From a bacterium (lineage in GTDB: Bacteria; Krumholzibacteriota; Krumholzibacteriia; LZORAL124-64-63), in NCBI GenBank assembly GCA_030654305.1, contig JAURXS010000245.1, positions 1-33,025 of the forward strand: DNA of 33,025 nucleotides, read 5' to 3'. The translations under genes and the position numbers were made by a program. Positions within the stretch are counted from its first letter, which is position 1; each line of letters starts with the position of its first letter. Below, piece by piece: positions 11,270 to 20,138 of the stretch. Below the pieces are notes generated by a model. The model saw nothing but the letters and a program-made list of their open reading frames with translations, searched no databases and had not been told where the DNA came from.

Positions 11270-12202
11270 TCATTCCAGACTGAAGCCCTTTTGTCCCAGG
11301 CGGCGCCGCGCCAGCGACCAGAAACCCGGGCGGTGCGCGTCGGCGGCCGCGACGTAGGCCCGGGTCGCCGCCGACCAGACGTGGCGCTCGCGGCCGAGTT
11401 CCGGCACGCGTTGCAGGCCGTCGCGGACCGCCCGCAGCCAGGCCGGCAGCTGGCCGTCGCGCAGGCTGTACACCAGCATCGCGCCGAGGCCCCGGGCCAG
11501 GTAGCCGACCGCGTAGCCGGCGGGCTGGTGCAGCACGGCGATCCAGATCAGGTTGCGCGTGTCGTAGTAGTAGCGACGCCAGCCGGGCCGGCCGGTGGCG
11601 CGGTGGTCGTGGCCCACCACGACGCCGCCGTCGTAGACGATCTCCCAGCCGCGGTCCAGCAGGCGGTAGGCGAGGTCGAGCCCCTCGTGGCTGATGAAGA
11701 AGTCCTCGCGGTAGGGTCCGGACTCGCGCAGCGCGTCCCGCCGCCAGGCCACGGCGCCCTCGGTGACCTCGTAGGTCGGGAAGGACTGGTCGGCGTCGGC
11801 GACGGGGCGGCGGTGCACCCAGTCGCGCACGCGGTCGGTGCCGGGCCAGGTCACCTTGAAGCAGAGGGCGCCGAGGCGGGGCCGCGCCGCGAACGCGGTG
11901 CGCAGGCGCGCGAGGTCGGCGTCGTCGAAATCGACCATGTCGTCGTCGAGGGTGACGACGATGTCGCCGCGGGCCGCTTCGAGGCCGCGGTTGCGCGCGC
12001 CGACGCCGACGTTCTCCGGCAGGACGATCAGCCGGACGCCGGGGTGGGCCGCGCGCACCGCCGCCGCGGCGCCGTCGCCGCCGCCGTTGTCCACGACGAT
12101 GACCTCGTGGTCGGCGTCGCGCAGCCGGGACAGCCCGTCCAGCAGGGACAGGACCGCCTCGGGGCGCCGGTAGGTCAGCACGACGATCGAGACGTGGGTC
12201 AC
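11270..12202 (-). CDS. Family 2 glycosyltransferase
   Basis: (GTG start) THVSIVVLTYRRPEAVLSLLDGL...VIVVDNGGGDG...VTLDDDM. Its start overlaps the stop of the upstream deacetylase gene by 4 nt (GTGA). Confidence 0.85.
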   Translation of the reverse strand: MTHVSIVVLTYRRPEAVLSLLDGLSRLRDADHEVIVVDNGGGDGAAAAVRAAHPGVRLIVLPENVGVGARNRGLEAARGDIVVTLDDDMVDFDDADLARLRTAFAARPRLGALCFKVTWPGTDRVRDWVHRRPVADADQSFPTYEVTEGAVAWRRDALRESGPYREDFFISHEGLDLAYRLLDRGWEIVYDGGVVVGHDHRATGRPGWRRYYYDTRNLIWIAVLHQPAGYAVGYLARGLGAMLVYSLRDGQLPAWLRAVRDGLQRVPELGRERHVWSAATRAYVAAADAHRPGFWSLARRRLGQKGFSLE

Positions 12203-12930
12203 GTGGCGGGTCCTCCGGGCGAGCCGTGGCGGTGTTCGAGCGCGGTCAGGCCGCCGGCGAGGTCGAAGCCGCGCGCCGCGAGGGCGGGCAGCAGCTCGTC
12301 GAGCAGCAGGTGGATCAGGGCATCGTACTCGTGCAGCAGCACGATGTCGCGGCCGCGGACCTCGGCCGCGAGCCGCCGCGCGGTCTCACGGGCCTGCTCC
12401 GGGGTGCGGCAGCACCAGTCCAGCGGGTCCACCGACCAGTGCAGGTGGCGCAGGCCGCGGCGGCGCGGTCCCAGCAGGCTGGCCGGGTGCAGGCGGCCGC
12501 CGGGCGCGCGGAACCATTGCGGGTCGCAGCCGGCCGCCCCGCGGATCGCCGCGCTGCAGCGGTCCATGTCGCGCAGGTAGGCGGCCGGCGACGGCAGCCG
12601 CGACATGTCGTGGACGTGCGAGTGGTTGCCGAGGCCGTGGCCGGCGTCGCGGCAGGCGCGGGCCAACTCGGGCGCGGCGGCGACGCGTTCCCCGACCATG
12701 CAGAACACCGCCCGCGCCCCGTGCCGGGCGAGGCGGTCCAGCACGCCGCCGGTGACGTCCGGGGTGGGGCCGTCGTCGAAGGTCAGCAGCACCGCGTCGG
12801 CGGCCGCCGCCGGCAGCCGGCGGACCAGCAGCGGCGCGGCGAGGCGCGTGGTCAAGCCCATGGTCCGCATCCGTCCTCCCCCCCGAAGGGCGCTTCCACG
12901 ATAGCCCGTAAAGACGGGGCGCACCACCAT
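12199..12930 (-). CDS. Polysaccharide deacetylase (NodB homology domain)
   Basis: LLTFDDGPTPDVTGGVLDRLARHGARAVFCMVGERV...GNHSHVH (TFDDG and HxxxH metal motifs). The start is uncertain: internal ATGs at 12870 or 12861 follow a GGGAGGA Shine-Dalgarno sequence. Confidence 0.8.
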   Translation of the reverse strand: MVVRPVFTGYRGSALRGGGRMRTMGLTTRLAAPLLVRRLPAAAADAVLLTFDDGPTPDVTGGVLDRLARHGARAVFCMVGERVAAAPELARACRDAGHGLGNHSHVHDMSRLPSPAAYLRDMDRCSAAIRGAAGCDPQWFRAPGGRLHPASLLGPRRRGLRHLHWSVDPLDWCCRTPEQARETARRLAAEVRGRDIVLLHEYDALIHLLLDELLPALAARGFDLAGGLTALEHRHGSPGGPAT

Positions 12931-12937
12931 GCTCCCG

Positions 12938-13636
12938 TCACGGCGGCGGCAGGCCGCCGAGTTCCCGCGCCCTCAGCAGCACGGCGTCGAGCATCCCCGG
13001 GGTCAGCAGTCCGGAGTTGGTGTTGCGGAAGCTGACGTGGTACGTGTCCAGCAGCAGGGTGCCGTCAGGCAGCTCGGACTGCGCGCCGTGGGCGAAGCGG
13101 TGGCGCAGCTTGACCAGCGGGGCGCCGCGCGAGACCATCAGGTCCAGCACGGCGTCGTGGCCGATCCGGCCCATGCCGATGATCACGCGCAGCCGGCGCA
13201 GCCCGTCGAGGTCGCGGGCCAGCCAGTCGCGGCAGTGGCGGAGCTCCTCGCTGGTCGGCAGGTTGTCCGGCGGCACGCAGCGCAACGCGCTGGTGATCCA
13301 GAGCCCGCGCAGCCGCAGGCCGTCGTCGCGGCCCGTGCCCGCGGGCCGGTCGGCGAAGCCGCAGCGGTGCAGGGCCGGGAAGAGGAAGGCGCCGCTGGCG
13401 TCGCCGGTGAACATCCGGCCGGTGCGGTTGGCGCCGTGGGCGCCGGGCGCGAGGCCGACTAGGCAGACCGGCGCCTCGGGGTCGCCGAAACCGGGCAGCG
13501 GCCGGCCCCAGTAGTCGCACTCCAGATAGGCGCGCCGCTTGACGCGCGCCACCTGCTCGCGCCAGTGGACCAGGCGCGGGCAGCGTCGGCAGCCCAGCAG
13601 TTCCGCCGGGGCCGGGTCGAACTTCGCTGTCGCCAT
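12938..13636 (-). CDS. Uracil-DNA glycosylase superfamily protein, probably family 5 (UDGb-like), with Fe-S Cys ligands
   Basis: MATAKFDPAPAELLGCRRCPRLVHWRE...VCLVGLAPGAHGANRTGRMFTGDASG...ALRCVPP. The GLAPxxHGxNRTGRxFTGD motif is the family-5 type as I remember it, rather than the family-4 GEAPG motif. Confidence 0.8.
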   Translation of the reverse strand: MATAKFDPAPAELLGCRRCPRLVHWREQVARVKRRAYLECDYWGRPLPGFGDPEAPVCLVGLAPGAHGANRTGRMFTGDASGAFLFPALHRCGFADRPAGTGRDDGLRLRGLWITSALRCVPPDNLPTSEELRHCRDWLARDLDGLRRLRVIIGMGRIGHDAVLDLMVSRGAPLVKLRHRFAHGAQSELPDGTLLLDTYHVSFRNTNSGLLTPGMLDAVLLRARELGGLPPP

Positions 13637-13665
13637 GGCGGCATCCTAGCCGAACGGGGTACGGG

Positions 13666-14625
13666 TTGGAAGCGGCGTTGCACCCACCGAGCGGGGCCAC
13701 CCACCTGCTCAGCGACCTGCACGACTGGCGGCGCCGGCCCCTGCCGGTCGCCGAGCTCGCGCCGTTCACGCTGCCCGACGACGCCTGGTTCGAGTACGCC
13801 TGGCTGGACGCCGCCGGCGCCCCGTGCGCCGATCCCGCGGGCGTGCCGGCGGGAAACCCCTGGTGGCGCCACGCCTGCCGGCTGGCGGGGCCTCGTTGGT
13901 TGGTCGACCCCGTCGTGGCGGCGGCGACGGCGCGGGCGGCGCACCGCCTGCAGGGCCTGCGGACGGGGCCGCGGTCCGCGGGGCGGGAGCGGCGCGCCTT
14001 CCTCTACTCGGCCGCCGACCCCGACCGCCCCGGTCCCCTGGTCATCGTCCAGGACGGGAAGTCCTACTGGCAACACGGGCGCCTCGGCCCCGTCGTCGAC
14101 CTGCTGACCGCGCGCGGCGAGGTGCCGCCGGCGCACTACCTGCTGGTCCACCCCGAGCGGCGCAGCCGTGACTATATATTCAGCGCGCCTTTCCGCGCCC
14201 ACGTCCTGGACGAGCTGCTGCCGGCGGCCGAGGCGCGCGTGAACTGCGACGGGCGGCGCGTCCTCTTGGGCGCCAGCCTCGGCGCCCTGGCCGGCGCCGA
14301 CCTGGCCCTGGCGCGGCCCGACCTGTTCACGGCGGTCGCGGCGCACAGCGGGGCCTTCCTGATCGCGCCCGAGGACGCGCCTCCCGACCCCTTCGCCGGG
14401 GGGGAGTGGCTGCGGCGGCAGATCCTGGCCGGCCGAGGCGGCGGGCTGCGCTGGCACCTGGAGTGCGGGACCCTCGAGTGGCTGCTGCCCTGCCACCGCC
14501 GCCTCGAGGCCGCGCTGCTGGCCACCGGCTGCGAGCACCGGGCCGTCGAGCGCCACGTCGGCCACAACTGGGTCAACTGGCGGCAGGCCCTGCCCGGGAC
14601 GCTGCGTTCGGTGCTGGCCGGCTGA
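13666..14625 (+). CDS. Alpha/beta-hydrolase, putative esterase (enterochelin-esterase/esterase D-like family)
   Basis: RRVLLGASLGALAGADLAL...AAHSGAF gives a GxSxG nucleophile elbow (GASLG). An N-terminal region resembles the enterochelin-esterase N-domain. The TTG start at 13666 is uncertain. Confidence 0.65.
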   Translation: MEAALHPPSGATHLLSDLHDWRRRPLPVAELAPFTLPDDAWFEYAWLDAAGAPCADPAGVPAGNPWWRHACRLAGPRWLVDPVVAAATARAAHRLQGLRTGPRSAGRERRAFLYSAADPDRPGPLVIVQDGKSYWQHGRLGPVVDLLTARGEVPPAHYLLVHPERRSRDYIFSAPFRAHVLDELLPAAEARVNCDGRRVLLGASLGALAGADLALARPDLFTAVAAHSGAFLIAPEDAPPDPFAGGEWLRRQILAGRGGGLRWHLECGTLEWLLPCHRRLEAALLATGCEHRAVERHVGHNWVNWRQALPGTLRSVLAG

Positions 14626-14726
14626 TTTCGCGATCCCCCCGCAGGGTCGGGCTTGCCCGCGCGTTGAGGGAGGCGCATCTTTCCCGTTCCGGGACGACCA
14701 ACCACCACGATCGAGGGGGATCCTCC

Positions 14727-15167
14727 ATGCGTCGCATCGTCATCGCCCTGCTGCTGCTCGCCATCGCCGCCGCGCCGGCCGTCGCCAAGGAGAAGGTCTA
14801 CGGCAAGGGAGTCGCCGCGCACGAGGCGACGCCCATCGGCACGGTCCTGGCCCACCCCGACCAGTACGTCGGCAAGACCCTGGTCGTCGAAGGCACGGTC
14901 GTCGGCGTCTGCGCCCACCGCGGCTGCTGGCTGTCCCTGGCCTCGGACGTCGAGGGCCAGACCCTGCGCGTCAAGGTGGAGGACGGGGTCATCATCTTCC
15001 CGAAGGAGATCGTGGGGGAGAAGGTCCGCGCCGAGGGCGTGTTCAAGGCCAACCGCGTCGAGGACACCGCCAAGAAGTGCGACGCGACCCGCGCCGGCGA
15101 GCCCGAGGTCCAGTGCACGACCGTCTACGAGCTGTTCGCTTCCGGCGCCGTGTGCGACTGGAAGTAG
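14727..15167 (+). CDS. Secreted DUF4920-like protein
   Basis: ATG 14727 after GAGGGGGA: MRRIVIALLLLAIAAAPAVAKEKVYGKG...VGKTLVVEGTVVGVCAHRGCWLSL...VKVEDGVIIFPKE. Signal peptide plus a C..GCW motif. The upstream part of ORF 14406.. was rejected. Confidence 0.75.
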   Translation: MRRIVIALLLLAIAAAPAVAKEKVYGKGVAAHEATPIGTVLAHPDQYVGKTLVVEGTVVGVCAHRGCWLSLASDVEGQTLRVKVEDGVIIFPKEIVGEKVRAEGVFKANRVEDTAKKCDATRAGEPEVQCTTVYELFASGAVCDWK

Positions 15168-15171
15168 GCGC

Positions 15172-15729
15172 GTGAACGGATTCCGCAAGGTCTGCCGCTG
15201 GCTGCACCGCGAGCTGGGCTTCTTCGCCGTGGGCCTGACCCTCGTGTACGCGATCAGCGGCATCGCCGTGAACCACGTCCACCACTGGGACCCGAGCCAC
15301 GCGTCCTACGTCGCGAACTCGCGCATCGAGCCGCCCGGCGACGGCGAGACCGAAGTGGTCGCGCCCCTGGTCCTGGAACGCCTCGCCCTGCAGGAGCCCG
15401 TCAAGGAGACCTGGCGGGCGGGACGCGACGTGCTGCAGGTCTTCGTCCAGGACGGGACCATCGACGTGAACCTGGTGACCGGCGAGGTCGTGCGGCGCGG
15501 CAACGAGAAGCGCCCGCTGCTCTACGACGTCAACTTCATGCACCTGAACAAGGGCAAGGCGCCCTGGACCGGCATCGCCGACGCCTACGCCGCTGTCCTG
15601 ATCGTCCTGGCGGTGACCGGCATCTTCCTGGTCAAGGGCCGCAAGGGCCTGGTCGGCCGCGGCGGGGTGCTGATGCTGCTCGGGATCGTGCTGCCGGTCG
15701 TCTACGCGGTGCTCGCGCGCCGGGGCTGA
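15172..15729 (+). CDS. PepSY-associated TM helix family membrane protein
   Basis: GTG start 4 nt after the previous stop. NGFRKVCRWLHRELGFFAVGLTLVYAISGIAVNH... plus C-terminal TM helices (AAVLIVLAVTGIFLV, VLMLLGIVLPVVYAVL). Confidence 0.7.
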   Translation: MNGFRKVCRWLHRELGFFAVGLTLVYAISGIAVNHVHHWDPSHASYVANSRIEPPGDGETEVVAPLVLERLALQEPVKETWRAGRDVLQVFVQDGTIDVNLVTGEVVRRGNEKRPLLYDVNFMHLNKGKAPWTGIADAYAAVLIVLAVTGIFLVKGRKGLVGRGGVLMLLGIVLPVVYAVLARRG

Positions 15730-15748
15730 ACCCCCGCGCGGCGGCCGG

Positions 15749-15776
15749 AGGCGCCCCCGACCGGGGGCGCCTTTTC
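15749..15776 (+). terminator. Rho-independent terminator
   Basis: aggcgccccc (15749-15758), loop gacc, gggggcgcct (15763-15772), followed by tttt. It starts 20 nt after the stop at 15729. Confidence 0.7.
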
Positions 15777-15807
15777 CATGTCTTTTCCACGCCCCGTCTC
15801 GCGCGGG

Positions 15808-15837
15808 TTGACGCTGGCGGCTCCGGCTGCCTAGTTT
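15808..15837 (+). promoter_or_regulatory. Possible sigma70-type promoter of the lysine-catabolism / PPDK_N cluster
   Basis: TTGACG (15808-15813), 18-nt spacer, TAGTTT (15832-15837). It lies between the terminator at 15749-15776 and the TTG start at 15895. Motif match only. Confidence 0.3.
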
Positions 15838-15894
15838 GGCCCGTGCCCGTCCCCCCTCGCCCGCGGCGCCGACGCCGCCACCCGGAGGTCCGCC

Positions 15895-17211
15895 TTGCCC
15901 GCCACCATCGGCATCCGACTCGAGGACAAGAGCAAGTGGGAGCGACGCGTCCCCCTGACGCCGGCCGACGCGGCCGGCATCCAGGCCTGCTTCGGGCACC
16001 GCCTGGTCGTGCAGCCGTCGCCCATCCGCGTCTTCACCGACCGGGAGTACCGCGAGGCCGGGATCGAGGTCTCGGACGCCGCGCTGGACGCGGACATCGT
16101 GATCGCGGTGAAGGAGATCCCGCCGGCGCTGTACCGCCCGGGCCGGGTGTACGTCAACTTCGCGCACGTCATCAAGGGCCAGGCGCGCAACATGCCGCTG
16201 CTGCGCGAGTACCTGCGGCAAGGCTGCACGCTGGTGGACTACGAGTGCATCGCCGACGAGCACAACCGCCGGCTGATCTTCTTCAGCGTGCACGCCGGCT
16301 ACGCCGGCGCGATCGAGGCGCTGCGCGCGCTGGGGCTGCGCCTGCTGGGGCGCGGCGTCGCGACGCCCCTGGCGGAGATCCGCCCGCCCCACGCCTACGG
16401 CGACCTCACGGAGGCCGAGGCGCACCTGCGCGGGATCGGCGAGCGGCTGCGCACCGAGCGGCTGCCCGGGGGCCTGCCGCTGACGATCGGCGTCGCCGGC
16501 TATGGCAACGTGGCCCGCGGCGTGCAGACGGTCCTGTCCTGGCTGCCGGTCGCCCGGGTCGCTCCCGAGGACCTGCCGGCCGCAGCGCGCGCGCCCTCGG
16601 CGGAGCCCCTGCTCGCCTGCGTGTTCAAGGAGCAGGACATGGTGCGCACCCGCGACGGCCGGCCGTTCGAGCTGCACGACTACTACGACCGCCCCGAGGG
16701 CTACGAGGGCCGCTTCGCCGAGCACCTGCCGCACCTCGACCTGCTCGTCAACACCATCTTCTGGACGGAGCGCTACCCCCGCCTGCTGACCGCCGCCTGG
16801 GCGGCCGAGCAGTTCCGCGACGGGCGCGAGCCGCGCCTGCAGGTCGTCGGCGACATCAGCATCGACATTGAGGGCAGCATCGAGATCAGCGTCAAGGCGA
16901 CGCAGCCCGACGTTCCCTGCTACGTGGTGGACCCGGTCGCGGGCGAGGTGCGCGACGGCGTCGACGGGCGCGGCATCGCCGTGATGGCGGTCGACAACCT
17001 GCCCTGCGAGCTGCCGCGCGAGGCGAGCGAGCACTTCAGCACCGTGCTGAAGGACATGGTCGGCGACCTGGGCAACTGCGACTGGTCGGCCGAGTTCGTG
17101 GACCTGGACCTGCCGCCGCACCTCAAGCGCGCGGTGATCGTCCACCGGGGCGAGCTGGCGCCGCGCTACGCCCACCTCGCCGGGTACCTCGAACGCGGGA
17201 GCCGCGCATGA
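15895..17211 (+). CDS. Lysine-ketoglutarate reductase (saccharopine dehydrogenase, L-lysine-forming type; homolog of the AASS N-terminal half)
   Basis: TTG start after GGAGG (15884-15888). IGIRLEDKSKWERRVPLTPADAAGI..., FAHVIKGQARNMPLLREYLRQGCTLVDYECIADEHNRRLIFFSVHAGYAGAIEALRALGLRLL, VGDISIDIEGSIE and VDNLPCELPREASEHF closely parallel the LKR half of animal AASS as I recall it. Confidence 0.9.
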   Translation: MPATIGIRLEDKSKWERRVPLTPADAAGIQACFGHRLVVQPSPIRVFTDREYREAGIEVSDAALDADIVIAVKEIPPALYRPGRVYVNFAHVIKGQARNMPLLREYLRQGCTLVDYECIADEHNRRLIFFSVHAGYAGAIEALRALGLRLLGRGVATPLAEIRPPHAYGDLTEAEAHLRGIGERLRTERLPGGLPLTIGVAGYGNVARGVQTVLSWLPVARVAPEDLPAAARAPSAEPLLACVFKEQDMVRTRDGRPFELHDYYDRPEGYEGRFAEHLPHLDLLVNTIFWTERYPRLLTAAWAAEQFRDGREPRLQVVGDISIDIEGSIEISVKATQPDVPCYVVDPVAGEVRDGVDGRGIAVMAVDNLPCELPREASEHFSTVLKDMVGDLGNCDWSAEFVDLDLPPHLKRAVIVHRGELAPRYAHLAGYLERGSRA

Positions 17212-18557
17212 AGAAGGTGCTGGTCCTGGGCGCGGGCATGGTGGCCCGGCCGCTGGTGCGCTACCTGCTGGAGCGCGGCTTCGGCGTGACCCAGGGCGAT
17301 GTCGCGCCCGAGCGGGCGTCGGCGATGGTCGACGACCACCCCCACGGCCGGGCGCTGGCCCTGGACCTGCGCGACACCGCGGCGGTGGCGTCGCTGGTGG
17401 CCGAACACGACCTGACGGTCAGCCTGGCCCCGCCGCCCTTCCATCCCGCCGTGGCCCGCCTCTGCGTGGAGGCCGGGCGCCACCTGGCCACCGCGTCCTA
17501 CGTCGCGCCCGAGATGGCGTCCCTGGACGCCGCCGCCCGTGAGCGGGGCGTGCTGCTGCTCAACGAGATCGGCGTGGATCCGGGCATCGACCACATGTCC
17601 GCGATGCGCGTCATCGACGGCGTGCGTGCCCGCGGCGGCCGCATCCTGTCCTTCCGCTCGTACTGCGGCGGGCTGCCGGCGCCGGAGGCCAACGACAATC
17701 CCTTCGGCTACAAGTTCTCCTGGGCGCCCCGCGGCGTGCTGATGGCCGGCCGCAACGACGCCCACTACCTGGTCGACGGCGCGCGGGTCACGGTGCCCGG
17801 AGCGAGGCTGTTCCGCGACATGCGCCTGCTGCACGTCGAGGGGGCCGGGGACTTCGAGGCCTACCCCAACCGCGACTCGATCTCCTACATCGACATCTAC
17901 GGCCTGCAGGGGATCCGCACCATGCTGCGCGGCACGCTGCGCAACCCGGGCTGGTGCGACTGCCTGCACAACTACGGGCGCCTCGGCCTGCTCGGGATCG
18001 AGCCGGTCGACCTCGCCGGCGCGACGTCGGCGGACCTGCTGCGCCGCCTGGCCGGGGCCGCGCCGGGGGAGGCCGCCGACGCCGCGGTCGCCCGCTGCCT
18101 GGGCCTGTGCCGCGACGCGCTGCCGGTCGCGAACCTGCGCTGGCTGGGGCTCTGCGACGAGACCCCCCTGGGGCGCGAGCGCGGCTGCCCGCTGGACGTC
18201 CTGGGCGACGCCATGCTGGCGAAGCTGGTCTACGCCCCCGGCGAGCGGGACCTGCTGGTGATGAAGCACGAGTTCACGGCGGCCCTGCCCGACGGCGGCC
18301 GCGAGTCGATCACCTCCAGCCTGGTCGCCTACGGCGAGCCCGGCGGCGACTCGGCGATGGCCCGCACGGTCTCGCTGCCGCTGGCCGTGGGGGTGCGCCT
18401 GGTGCTGGAGGGCGGGATCGCGGCCCGCGGCGTGGCGCGACCGGTGACGGCGGAATTCTACCGGCCGATCCTCGACGAGCTCGAGGGGCACGGCATCGTT
18501 TGCCAGGAGAAGACGGAACGTATCGACCGGGACACCGGAGACGAGGGAGGCGAGTGA
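17208..18557 (+). CDS. Saccharopine dehydrogenase (L-glutamate-forming; homolog of the AASS C-terminal half)
   Basis: MKKVLVLGAGMVARPLVRYL..., IGVDPGIDHMSAMRVID, SYCGGLPAPEANDNPFGYKFSWAPRGVLMAG, EAYPNRDS, LRGTLRNPGW. There is an ATGA start/stop overlap with the LKR gene. Confidence 0.9.
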   Translation: MKKVLVLGAGMVARPLVRYLLERGFGVTQGDVAPERASAMVDDHPHGRALALDLRDTAAVASLVAEHDLTVSLAPPPFHPAVARLCVEAGRHLATASYVAPEMASLDAAARERGVLLLNEIGVDPGIDHMSAMRVIDGVRARGGRILSFRSYCGGLPAPEANDNPFGYKFSWAPRGVLMAGRNDAHYLVDGARVTVPGARLFRDMRLLHVEGAGDFEAYPNRDSISYIDIYGLQGIRTMLRGTLRNPGWCDCLHNYGRLGLLGIEPVDLAGATSADLLRRLAGAAPGEAADAAVARCLGLCRDALPVANLRWLGLCDETPLGRERGCPLDVLGDAMLAKLVYAPGERDLLVMKHEFTAALPDGGRESITSSLVAYGEPGGDSAMARTVSLPLAVGVRLVLEGGIAARGVARPVTAEFYRPILDELEGHGIVCQEKTERIDRDTGDEGGE

Positions 18558-18559
18558 CC

Positions 18560-20104
18560 ATGGCGACGCGTCAGCAGGTGAACAGGATCTTCAAGGCGCT
18601 GGATCTCGGGCGCGAGCTCAAGGGCGCCAACGCCGGCGGCGAGTGGTTCGCCGACAGCGGCGATTTCCTGGACGTCGTGGACCCGACGACCGGCGCGGTG
18701 ATCGCGCGCGTCGAGCAGGCTTCCGCGAAGGACTACGAGAAGCTGATGCGCAAGGCCGAGGCGGCCTTCGTCCTCTGGCGCGAGGTGCCCGCCCCGCGGC
18801 GCGGCGAGGTCGTGCGGCAGCTGGGCGAGGCCCTGCGCGCGAAGAAGGAGGCGCTCGGGCAGCTGGTCTCCCTCGAGATGGGCAAGATCCTCACCGAGGG
18901 CCTGGGCGAGGTCCAGGAGATGATCGACATCTGCGACTACGCCGTCGGCCAGAGCCGCATGCTCAGCGGCCCGACCCTGCAGAGCGAGCGCCCCCGGCAC
19001 CGCATGATGGAGCAGTGGCACCCGCTGGGCGTCGTCGGCGTCGTCACCGCCTTCAACTTCCCGGTCGCGGTCTGGGCCTGGAACAACGCCCTGGCCTGGG
19101 TCTGCGGCGACGTCGCCGTCTGGAAGCCCTCGAGCAAGACGCCGCTGTGCGCCATCGCCTGCCAGAACATCGCCAACGAGGTGTTCCGCCGCAACGGCGT
19201 GCCGCAGGGCGTGTCCTGCGCGGTGGTCGGGCGCGGCGCGGTCATCGGCGAGCGCCTGGTCGCGGACGAGCGCGTGCCGCTGATCTCGGCCACCGGCAGC
19301 ACCCGCATGGGCAAGCGCATCGGCGCCGTGGTGGGCGAGCGCCTCGGCCGCACCATCCTCGAGCTGGGCGGCAACAACGCGCTGGTCATCTCGGAGAAGG
19401 CCGACCTGACCTGCGCGCTGGCCAGCGCCTTCTTCGGCGCCGTCGGCACCGCCGGGCAGCGCTGCACCTCGACCCGCCGCCTGATCGTCCACGAGTCGAT
19501 CTACGACGTGTTCCTCAAGAAGCTCGTCGCCAACTACAAGAAGGTGCGCATCGGCGACCCCCTGGACCCCGCGACGCTGATGGGGCCGCTGATCGACGAG
19601 GGCGCCGTGGCCGACTACGAGGCGGCGGTCAAGGCGGCGAAGGAGCAGGGCGGCCGCGTCGTCTACGGCGGCAAGGTGATGGACCCGCCGTTCGGCCACC
19701 GGACCTTCGTCCTGCCGACGATCGTCGAGATCGCCAACGACGCGGCGATCGTGCAGACGGAGACCTTCGCGCCCATCGTCTACGTCATGAAGTACCGCGG
19801 CTTCGACGAGGCGCTGGCCCTGCACAACGGCGTGCCCCAGGGGCTGTCGTCGGGGATCTTCACCGACAGCGTGTCCGAGGCCGAGACGTTCACCAGCTTC
19901 CGCGGCTCGGACTGCGGAATCGCCAACGTGAACATCGGCACCTCGGGCGCGGAGATCGGCGGCGCCTTCGGCGGCGAGAAGGAGACCGGCGGCGGCCGCG
20001 AGTCGGGCTCCGACTGCTGGAAGAGCTACATGCGCCGCCAGACCAACACGATCAACTGGGGCGGCGAGGTCCACCTGGCGCAGGGAGTCGAATTCCATCC
20101 CTGA
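18560..20104 (+). CDS. Alpha-aminoadipic semialdehyde (piperideine-6-carboxylate) dehydrogenase, ALDH7 family
   Basis: ATG 18560, 2 nt after the SDH stop. MATRQQVNRIFKALDLGRELKGANAGGEWF..., EMGKILTEGLGEVQEMIDICDYAVGQSRML, ELGGNNA and GTAGQRCTSTRRLIVHESIYD are typical ALDH7A1/AmaB-type motifs. Confidence 0.9.
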   Translation: MATRQQVNRIFKALDLGRELKGANAGGEWFADSGDFLDVVDPTTGAVIARVEQASAKDYEKLMRKAEAAFVLWREVPAPRRGEVVRQLGEALRAKKEALGQLVSLEMGKILTEGLGEVQEMIDICDYAVGQSRMLSGPTLQSERPRHRMMEQWHPLGVVGVVTAFNFPVAVWAWNNALAWVCGDVAVWKPSSKTPLCAIACQNIANEVFRRNGVPQGVSCAVVGRGAVIGERLVADERVPLISATGSTRMGKRIGAVVGERLGRTILELGGNNALVISEKADLTCALASAFFGAVGTAGQRCTSTRRLIVHESIYDVFLKKLVANYKKVRIGDPLDPATLMGPLIDEGAVADYEAAVKAAKEQGGRVVYGGKVMDPPFGHRTFVLPTIVEIANDAAIVQTETFAPIVYVMKYRGFDEALALHNGVPQGLSSGIFTDSVSEAETFTSFRGSDCGIANVNIGTSGAEIGGAFGGEKETGGGRESGSDCWKSYMRRQTNTINWGGEVHLAQGVEFHP

Positions 20105-20138
20105 CCGGGGCGACGGGCGGTGCAACACGGAGGCGACG

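Noticed and set aside
15730-15894. Possible lysine riboswitch or other leader RNA upstream of the lysine-catabolism operon
   Set aside because: The region holds a terminator for the upstream gene plus a short (about 55-nt) leader. That is too short for an L-box, and I saw no conserved riboswitch-like multi-helix arrangement.
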